Source of the DNA: Lama guanicoe
Lineage: Eukaryota
Assembly: GCA_013239625.1 (NCBI GenBank)
Contig: MU054098.1
Location: 1,408,042-1,472,041, forward strand
Reading direction: 5' to 3'
Length of the DNA stretch: 64,000 nucleotides
Shown here piece after piece: positions 54,087 to 64,000 of this stretch. Made by a program: the position numbers and the translations under genes. The stretch's first letter is position 1. Every line of letters begins with the position of its first letter. The notes beneath the pieces were generated by a model. It was not told the DNA's origin. It saw only the letters and a program-made list of their open reading frames with translations, and did no database searches.

Positions 54087-54196
54087 GGATCTACTGAAAC
54101 GATTTTACTTTTTCTCCTGTAATGCTATCAATTGTGGATGAGGATCTACTGAAATGATTTTACTTTTTCTCCTGTAATGCTATCAATTGTGGATGA
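54087..54196. repeat. 55-bp tandem duplication within an old antisense L1
   Basis: GGATCTACTGAAA(C/T)GATTTTACTTTTTCTCCTGTAATGCTATCAATTGTGGATGA at 54087 and 54142, one difference. Confidence 0.95.
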
Positions 54197-54854
54197 TTTT
54201 TTTTTTAAGGAGCCAACCAAGTCCCAAGGTACTTTTAAGATTTTTTTTACAGACTGCTGAACATGTTTTAGAGATAATTTCATTTGGTGTTTTTTACATT
54301 TATCTTCATAAGTACGATTTGTCTATACTTTTCATTTTCTAGTACGCTCCTCATCTATTTGTTATCAAGAGTAGATTAGCCATGTGGGCACATCTATCTC
54401 TCCTTATTCTCTTTATTACTCTGCATAAAACAGGGTATGATAAAATTTGAAATTATGGTAAATCTGACCCATAAAACAGTTTGGGTCTGATGCTTTGGGA
54501 GGAGTATGGCTGGGAAAGAATTTAATTCACTCACTATTTTTAATGTTTATTTTATTAAGGTTTTCATTTCTGTTTAAGTCAATATGCACAATAAGTTTTC
54601 TCTATAATTTTGCTCATTTTATCTGATTTTTTAAAATTAATGAACAGATATCATAATTCTTTAAACATCCCTATTCTACCTTAATTTATAAAACTTTTTC
54701 TGATTCTAATATTTATTTTTGCTTTGTCTTCTTAATATTCCTGACAGAGGTTTGTCTATTTTACTAGTCCTTTCAAATAACTGGTCCCTCAGTTTTATTC
54801 TTATTTTCCATTTTATTAATTTATGTTCTTATTTCTATTATCTTGTTTTATTTT

Positions 54855-55451
54855 ATTTTTAACCATTTTTAATTGAAGTATAGTTAATTTGCAATGCTGT
54901 GTTACTTTCAGGTGTATAGCAAAGTGATTCAGTAATATATATATTCTTTTTTTAAAACTTGTTGTTTATCTATTTTATATCTAGTAGTTATAGTAGTTAG
55001 TATCTGGAGATCCCAAACTCCCAATTATATATATATTCTTTTTCAGATTCTTTTCCATCATAGGTTATTATAAGATAGTGAATATGGTTCCCTGTGATAT
55101 AGAGTAGTTTCTTGTTATTTATCTATTTTATATATAGTAGTTTATAACTGTAAATCCCAAATTCCTGTTTTATCCCTCCGTCATCTTGCTTTCCTCTTTG
55201 GGCTAACCATGAGTTTGTTTTTCATGTCTGTGAGTTTGTTTCTGTTTTACAAATAAATTCATTGTATCATTTTTTTTAGATTCCATATATGAGAGATATT
55301 ATATGATATTTATCTTTTTCTCTGACTTGCTTCACTTAATATGATGATCTCTAGGTCTATCTATGTCACCGCAAATGGCATTATTTCATTCTTTCTCAGG
55401 GCTGAGTAATATTCTACTGTATGTGTATGTGTGTGTATATGTGTGTGTATA

Positions 55452-55487
<36 letters not shown>

Positions 55488-56122
55488 CCACAACTGTTTT
55501 ATTCATTCATCTGTCTGTGAACATTTAGGTTGTTTTCCTTTCTTGGCTATTATAAATAGTGCTGCTATGAACATTAGGGTGCATATATCTTCTTGAATTA
55601 AAATATATCCCCTGGTGTGGGACTGCAGGATCATATGGTAACTCTATTTTTAGAGTTTTAAGGAAACTCCATACTGTTTTCCATGGTGGCTGCATCAATT
55701 TACATTCCCACCAACAGTGTAGGTGGGTTCCGTTTTCTCCACACCCTCTCCAGCACTTATTTGTAGACTTTTTGATGATAGTCATTCTGACTGGTGTGAG
55801 GTGATACCTCCTTGTGGTTTTGATTTGCATTACTCTAATAATTAGCAATGTTGAGCATCTTTTCATGTGCCCATTGGCCATTTGTACGTCCTCCTTAAAG
55901 AAATGTCTACTTAGGTCTTCTGCCTATTTTTTGATTGAGTTGCTTTTCTTTTCTCTTTTTATTTTTGATATTAAGCTGAGGAGCTGTTTGTATATTTTGG
56001 AAATTAATCCCTTGTCAGTCACATCATTTGCAAATATTTTCTCCCATTCTGTAGGTTGTCTTTTTGTTTTGTTGATGGTTTCCTTTCCTGTGCGAAGCTT
56101 TTAAGTTTAATTAGGTCCCATC
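54855..56122 (-). mobile_element. 5'-truncated LINE-1 (ORF2 C-terminus + 3' UTR)
   Basis: Minus ORF 55525-55881 [33 protein letters not shown]...HCWWECKL is the ORF2 cysteine-rich region. Confidence 0.93.
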
Positions 56123-56787
56123 ATCCTCTATCTGCCGATTTTTTATCTTTATGAGCCTGGGTTTTCAGGACTAATTTTCCCTTTTTCACCATCTCTCCCT
56201 ATTCCTCCTGCCTAGTGGCCGTGGAGTTGCCTCCACTTGATACACCTAACCCAAGACTATACACAGAGTACTGCTAATCCAGGTATCAATCCAGCAAGTA
56301 TTTTAGCTTATCCACTGATCATGAATTTACATCTGTGCCCATCTGTTCTCCTAGGACTTGAAGTTCATATAAGCATTGTAACTCCCAGTAGTATTCAGAA
56401 ATAACTGAGTTCAACTTCCACTCATGACGAGGGATAAACTTTCTCAGACTTTGGTCTTAAGCAGTGTGCTTGGCTCTGGATTCATACCTTAGGTAAGGAC
56501 TTTTAGCCTACTTTAACCATAGTAGATTTTTTTCTCATCTACCTCTGCCTTCATCTGAAGCTGAAGACTAGCAATTAAGCATGTTCAGTCCTGCTCTTCA
56601 CTCTGTATACTTTTGTTTTATTCCTGGCCCATAAAGATATTTATCTTATTTTTATTGCTTTATTTTTTTCTTAGTATATTTTCTTTTTCATTACTATGTT
56701 TCTGGAGCAGACAGAACACATCTTGATCAGAATTGCTAGAGCATCTTCTTGACACTTATTTAATATTATTTAAAGATTTACATTTTT

Positions 56788-56941
56788 TGTAATTTATTGA
56801 GTTAAAATCAGTTTACAATGTTATGTCAATTTCTGGTGTACAGCACAATTCTTCAGTCATATATGAAGATACATATATTCATTTTCATATTCTTTTTCAC
56901 TGTAAGCTACAAGATACTGAATATATTCCCCTATGCTATAC
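56788..56941 (-). mobile_element. Very short lineage L1 3' end
   Basis: 3' UTR related to the 32125 and 44051 copies. TSD TAAAGATTTACATTTTT at 56771-56787 and 56942-56958. Confidence 0.9.
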
Positions 56942-57949
56942 TAAAGATTTACATTTTTGATGCAGCAAAGATTAATTATTATATCTAGCTGTCACTAACC
57001 CCTGTCATAGCTAAAGGAAAATACATGAACCACAAAAATCTGCTCAGCATTTTAGTGAGTTTCTTCTGTGAGAAGTCGTAAGGAACTAGGGAAGGATGTA
57101 GGATCTCAGGGCTTAGGAAAAAGACAAAGGGGCATAATTAATGTGATAAAGGAATTTCATAATTAGGGTAATGAAAAACAAGGATATATATGCTTAGACC
57201 TCTACAAGGAAAAAAATTTCCAAATGTTTTAGATGGCATAATAGGCCCTAATCTAAAGCTTCTGCACTGATGATGAACTCTGAAAATGATTTTTTTTAAA
57301 CATATTCTTATTCAGTATTTCCTAATGACGTGTTACCTTGGCTAAGACAGCTGTACTTTCTGTGCTTCATTTTCTATTTATGGAATACCAGGTTATTACT
57401 CATTATGCAATTCACAGCACTACTCTGAGCAGTACCTAATAAAAGTGGTTATAAAACGCAATCGACAAATGTTGATTTAGATCATCAGTGACAACACTGA
57501 CACAGTGCCAGAAACGCAGGTGAAAGTGCTTGCCACTGCAAAGCAAACAGACTTCCAAGTTTATATATTAACAAGTTTATTCTAATGAATATGATTTAAG
57601 AAGTATATCTGTATAGATGAATAGATAACACATAGAGTCTTTTAGAAGCTGAATTTCAAATTCAAACTACTCATTTTACCTATGATCAACATCGAGACCT
57701 AAAAATACTACATTAATTACATATAATAAATTCTTATAATTTATTTGAAGCTAAGTCATACAAAAATACTGGGAGGAGCAGACAAACTTAAGTGATTCTT
57801 AAAACTGTAAAACAATCTTCAGCCATCCATTCAGCAAAATGTTATTGAGCACATATATGGAAGACATTGAAAACATTCTTGGGGATATAAAATTATTAAT
57901 AAGATGTTCTTTCAATCAGTAGAATTATTATATAGTAGTATAGGTGAGA

Positions 57950-58457
57950 CATTGTGACAAGGACTATTAATTTTCTCTAAATATAGATTACACTCACCAT
58001 ATTTGGTAATAAAACCTCAGTTTTTAGCTTGGTATCTCATCCTCCAGAATCAAAATTGCATTTCTGGGCCCTCTTTGAGGCATATATGTTCCCATGTTAG
58101 TTAGTTCTGGCCAATGACACACAGTAAGTGTCTTAAAAGCCATCTAGGAAGTAAATGTAAACAGAGGGAACATGCTCACTCTTTATTTCTTCTTCATTCC
58201 TGCTGGCTGGAATGTAGGTATGATGGATAGAACTGAAGCAACTATCCTAAGCAATACAGTAGAAGACACAGGCTAAAGATGATTGAACAGTGTAGACTGA
58301 TGCCATTTTTCTGATGCTGTAGAGTCACAAAACAAACGTGGACTATCTTTTTCTATACCACTTTCATATGGTGAGAAATAGGATCAAATTGTTGTTTAAG
58401 CCACCATAATTTTGAGTTTTCTGTCCTGTACAGGCAATCCTGATCCTAAGTGAAACA
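57950..58457 (+). mobile_element. MLT1J-like MaLR LTR
   Basis: TAGTTCTGGCCAATGAC...TTCCTGCTGGCTGGAATGTAGGTATGATGG...TGTTTAAGCCACCATAATTTTGAGTTTTCTGT. Confidence 0.7.
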
Positions 58458-59670
58458 GAAATGTAAACAAATATGCAGTGAAATATCTTAAGTTCAGTAA
58501 CAGAAGAGTAAATTTCCATAGGTGTTCAAAATGGAAAGATGGTAGGTATTAGGGACTACTCCCCTTCCCAGGCATCAAAAATTTCTCATGTTCTAACGAC
58601 TTTGAGTTTATAATCAAAAATAATAAATCACACAAGGAAACAAGTCACCATGAGTGAAACTGAGATCAAAATACTCAGAAACAGCCTAAATGTTAGTATC
58701 ACAAACATAAGTTTCTAAAATATTTAAAGAAGTGAAACAAAGAATTAAAATATGTGAGTAAAGCACAAGTGATGATAAAAACCAAGATACATAAATATTC
58801 AAGTAAAATTTCTTAGAAATAAATATGATATAAGAAAAGAAATTTAAAACTACTTACAAGAATCTTTGCTTGCACTAATAGCAGAACACTTTAGTCATAA
58901 TAACCCCTCAGAAGACAAAAATTATAAGATGGACAAAAGACTAAAAGCAGTTTTGTACAACCATTTGAATACAGTGGGAAGCAACATAAAACAGGCAGAA
59001 ATTGATCAGAAGTCAACTACTGAAAGATAGGAACTGTACTCAGTAATATTTGGGTCTTTATATCATTTTGCCTAAGGGCACTTCCTGAACCATGTAGCAT
59101 GTTGTAGCAGAAAACTTTGCTCTTACTGTCTTGAGACGTTATAGGAAGAATTTAATGATGTAAAATGGCTGGTAAACTAAAGTGACAAAACTTTAGAAAG
59201 AAGGTACAGAGGAGTGAGCCCCCACATCAGTGCACGAATTCTGCCCAAAATCTTTGATAACCATCAAAAGACACTTGTGTGAAGAAGATCTCAAGAGTCT
59301 GGGCCAAAACAAGTCTTGAAGACAAGCCAAATGGCGATTTCGTCTGTTATCCACCACAGGAGAGACAGACTTAGAGGTTCGAGTTCAGCCAAGACAGTTA
59401 TTTGTAGAAGAAAAATCAGCCCTCTTCCAAGGAACATAGCTGAGCTCATGGTTTTTATAATGTATAATCTACTATGCCCACCATAATTTTTTTTAATTAC
59501 AAGACATACAACAAAGGAGAAAATGTGAAATATATTACTCCCAGAAGGAGAGGAGAAAGAAAAAGAGACAGATAAAAGATTTGAAGAAAATATTGTCAAA
59601 ACTTTTCCAAAAATGAAAACTGCATCATTACAGAAAACTTACATATCAACTTAGAGATTTTAAAAGCTCA

Positions 59671-59868
59671 ATGCCATAGGACCTTGTTATTTATTCAAGG
59701 TCCTACTGTATAGCACAGGGAACTATATTCAATATCTCATAGTAACTTACAATGAAAAATATGAAAAATAATATATATGTATATGTATAAAACTGAATTA
59801 CCATGCTGTACATTAAAAACAGGACATTGTAAATCAAATATACTTCAATTAAAAATAAAAATAAAAAT
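59671..59868 (+). mobile_element. Short lineage L1 3' end with a tiny 5' inversion
   Basis: TAGGACCTTG TTATTTATT CAAGGTCCTA fold-back at the 5' junction. TSD TTTTAAAAGCTCA at 59658-59670 and 59869-59881. Confidence 0.8.
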
Positions 59869-61522
59869 TTTTAAAAGCTCAGTGTATACAGATACAAAGA
59901 AAAGATTATACTTAAAATGTTTAAGTTGAAAGAGGAGCTCTTAAAGATATCAAAAAATAACCCATTATACAGAGAAGGAAAAATAATAAAAAGGACAGTT
60001 GAATTCCCAGCATATACAGGAGAGGTTCGTGAAAATATAATGGCACCTATGACATCTTTCCAGTGCTGGAAAAACAAGCTGTGAAACAGAATCCTATATC
60101 CAGCGATAATATCTTTAAGCAATGAAGAATAAATGAATATATTTTCAGGTAAATGAAAACTGATTTTGTCACAAGGAGGCATAAGCTACAAAAAATGCTA
60201 AAGGAAGTTTTACATATATACTAATGGAAAACGATACCAGATGGAAATATGAATCTACAGGAAAAATAAGGAGCACATAAAGTTATAAATATGAAGATAA
60301 ATATAGATGTCTACATGAAAGGCATGGAGGAAACTTAAATGCATATTACTAAGTAAAAGCAGCTAGTCTTAAAAAGCTACACACTATATGTTTCCAACTA
60401 TACAACATTCTGGAAAAAGTAAAAGTAAAACTATGTAGACAGTAAAAACATCAGTGATAGCTAGGGGTTAACGGGGTGGGGATTAATAGGTAGAGAATGG
60501 GGGAGTTTTAAGGCAATGAAACCATCCTATATGATACTATAATGGTAGATACATGTCATTATACATTTGTCAAAACCTACAGAACATACCACATCAAGAG
60601 TGAACCCTAAAGTAAAGTATTGACTTTGGGTGATTAATGATGTATCCAATATAGGTTCATTAATTATAACAAATGTACCAGTCTGGTGTGGGATATTAAT
60701 GATAGAAGAGGGTGTGAGTGTATGGGGGTAGAGGGTGTATCAAAACTCTCTGTACTTTCTGCTCAGTTGTGCTAAGAATCTAAAGCTGCTCTAAAAACTA
60801 ATGTCTGTTAAAAGAAATTTGAACCTAACAGAAATTAAAACATATATCCACACAAAAACTTGTATGTGAATATTTACAGCAGCATTATTCATAACAGCCA
60901 AAAAGTGAAAGCAATGCAAATGGACATCAACCAGCAAATGGATAAACAAATGTGGAATCCACACAATGGAATATTACTCAGTCATAAAAATGAATGAAGG
61001 ACTGATACATGTTACAGCATAAATGAACTTTAAATATATTATTTTAGGTGAAAGAATTCAGTCACAAAAAACACATAATATATGATTTCATTTTTATGAA
61101 AGTTCAGAATATAGAAACCTATAAGGGACAGAAAGTTATTTGGGGGTGTTTAAGGCTGGGAACAGGGGATGATGGGAAAGGGAATTGTTAACTAAAGCAT
61201 ATAGAGTTTCTCTTTGAGGTGATAAAAATGTTCTAAAACTGACTGTGTGGTGGTGGTTGCATGTATTTGTGAATATACTAAAAATATTGAATTTTATACT
61301 TAAATGAAAGAACTGCTGATATGTGAATTATGTCTCAGTAAAACTATTAAAAATAAAATGAGGTATGTTTATACACATATTAGAATGACTAGAATATATT
61401 AAAAAAGAAAAATTCTGACATTAAAAAGTTCTAACAAGGATGCGAAGCCACTGGAATTTTTGTTCATTGTTGTGAAAAATGCAAACTATTACAGCCACTT
61501 TGGGAGTTTAGTAATCTCTTAT

Positions 61523-61950
61523 TGTAATAGAGAAGAACCTTTGTATTCTATTACAAGTTAATCATTCATGGGATGTTGCCTATAAGCTTAAATTATACAT
61601 AATAGCCCATCTCTAGGAACCTTGCCTCCCAAGTAATGGACATTAAACTAAAATACCTCTGTTTAGCTCACAGGAAACATCCCGACTAGGCCCACCTGTG
61701 AATGACTGCAAGACGGAAGAAATTAACACATCCCCTCTGGAGTCTGGCTGGAACCAGGACTGCTCGGCTCCTTTTAGTACAAAAGAAGCCTGAATTCTAA
61801 CTTGGGGAAGATGGTTCTTTGAGACACTAGTCCACCGTTTTCTCAATCTGCTGGCTTTCTGAATAAATCTGCTATTCCTTGCCGCAACAACTCATCTCTT
61901 GATTTATTGGCCTGTCATGAGGCAGGCAGTATGAGTTGGACTTGGTAACA
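61523..61950 (+). mobile_element. ERV1 solo LTR (MER31-like)
   Basis: TGTAATAG...TTGGTAACA termini, AATAAA at 61862, perfect 4-bp TSD TTAT at 61519-61522 and 61951-61954. Confidence 0.85.
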
Positions 61951-64000
61951 TTATAAATTCAAACTTATGTTAGTCAGCAATTCCATTTATAAGTATTTAT
62001 CCAAGAGAAATCAAAGTGTAAGTTCAAAAAAACTTTATAGAAATATTTATAGTTGCTTTATTTATAATTCAAACATCAGATTATCCAAATGTCCATCACC
62101 TTCTTAATGAATAAATAAATTGTAGTATATCTGTACAATTGAAACCAATCAAAAGGTTCCATGCAGCAGCAAGAATCTCAAATGTTGTATGCTAAATGAA
62201 AGGTGCCAGACTGAAAAGCTATATACTGTATGGTTCTATTTATATGTCATTCTAGAAAAGGCAAAACTATCAAGAAAGGATATAGATCAATGGTTGTCAG
62301 AGGTTGAGAGTGGGGAAAGGTGATTGAAAAATACAAGAGGAAACTATTTGATGTGATGGCAAAGTTCTAATATTTTTATTTTGGTAGTGATTACATGGAT
62401 GCATGTATTTGTTAAAAATCATAGACCTGTACCGCTAAAAAGGGTGAATTTCAACATGAAGTTTCAATATGAGGTAATCTATTAGCATAACTCATCACAT
62501 ATGATTTTGATAGAAACCTGAAAGTTAATTTATAATCTCCACCCATGAAAGGATTTAAAGGAAAAATTGGAGATAACTTCTCAAAATCATTAACAGATTT
62601 CAAAATGAGAGAAAATAAATCTTTGGTACTAAACTCAACAGAACCTATACAGAAGAAAATACAAAACTTGGAGCTGCATAAAAAAAGACAGAATTAATGA
62701 GAAGACATCATTTTCCTGAAGTAGGTAGCATTATAATGTACCTATAAAACTTTTCCCAAAGTTAACATATTAATGTAAAGAAAATAGATAATATTTTCTT
62801 TAACTTTTTCAAAGTAATTCTCAATGTTTCAGTGGAGGAATATAAGTAAGACTTGTCAAAGATTTTAAAAATTACTGAGAGGATAACTTACACTATGAGA
62901 TATTAAAAGCATAAAAAAACATAATAAGCACTCTGTAGTAGAGTCTATGGCATGTGACTAAGAAGAAACTATAGTGACTATAGGACTATAGGAAGTGACT
63001 ATAGGAAGAAAAACCTATAGAATATAAATAAAAATTTGTAAACTTATCGAAGTTAATTCATTCAATAGTTCCATTTTAAGTCAGTGGAGAAAAAATGTTT
63101 CTTTAAATATTTATAAAAATACTATTATGCTTTGTATTTCATATCAATTCATAAGTATTAATTTCAGACACATATAAAATATAAATAAGAGACAAACCAT
63201 AAGACAAAATGTTAAAAGCTATGATAACATTAAAATTTGTATGTTAAATATCATAAACTCAAATTTAAATAATACTTGGAGAGATATTCTCTTTATGGTA
63301 GGCTAAAAGTTGCTATCTTTTATACTAAATATATATTAAACATATTAAAAATTAGAACATTCCTCATCTCATACTATTTCTAAGCCCCCTCAAATTAAAG
63401 TATAGATATAAAGGCAATTTCAGGCAAAAAAGAAAAAAAAAGTTTGAAAGGAAAGAAAGATAAAATAAATAGCCAATAAATATAAAATAAATTTCAAACA
63501 AAGGAATGGAAAATGAACTTATAGTATCATTGTAATTATCATTGCTGTTTATTCTTTAAATTGGGAAAGTTAAATTTAAAAAGTAATGCATTTGCTCTGT
63601 AATAGGCATGTTCCAACACTGCTAGCAAGAATGCAAATTTGCTCACTTATAAAAGAGAATTTGGCAACATGAATCATTAAACTTTAAAAAGGAATTTTTT
63701 TTAACTTTTATTCCAGCTATTTCATTGGTAAGAATTTATGCCAAGGTAAGTATCATAAATGCGTACATATTTACTGCAACGTTATTCTTGACATGAAATA
63801 TATTGTAATAATTAAAAATTACTGTGCTCAGTAATATTTGATGATATTAGAAATTCTCAAGTCATATTGTTGAGAAAATCAAATTACAAAGAGTCTGTGG
63901 AGTTTGATGTTAAACTCAGTTTGAAAATTTCCACTATCGAGCTATTTTCTTACTACACACATATTAACAGAATATATCCCCTAAGGTTAACTGTTATTAT

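Larger units (their letters stand above)
58560..64000 (+). mobile_element. Cluster of old LINE-1 fragments (5'/ORF1 remnants; L1MC, L1MB and L1ME-type 3' ends)
   Basis: ORF1-like 59530-60250; 3' ends at ~60320-60810, 60830-61350 and 61960-62460; A-rich ORF2 debris to the window end. Confidence 0.7.

Overview
AT-rich, repeat-dense mammalian genomic DNA, probably camelid (a Vic-1-like tRNA-derived SINE and a recurring young L1 3' end). No intact host coding exon is recognisable. Most of the window is LINE-1, L2, MIR, LTR and DNA-transposon debris, plus a decayed GAPDH processed pseudogene at ~14.2-15.4 kb. The main result is a ~3 kb repeat-poor island at ~21.2-24.2 kb. Read across stops and frameshifts on the + strand, it gives colinear remnants of three bornavirus genes: glycoprotein G, matrix M and the N-terminus of polymerase L. 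The G-M-L order is that of carbo-/culterviruses, not orthobornaviruses (M-G-L), so this looks like a multi-gene endogenous bornavirus-like element with a later SINE inserted into G. Secondary observations are a near-perfect 57-bp hairpin made by template switching inside a MER94-like element, a young solo LTR with three tandem PBX-MEIS/PREP motifs, twin-primed inverted L1s, and a possible TATA/MEF2/E-box promoter at the left edge. All protein and repeat-family comparisons were made by eye against reference sequences recalled from memory and need tBLASTn, HMM and RepeatMasker confirmation.
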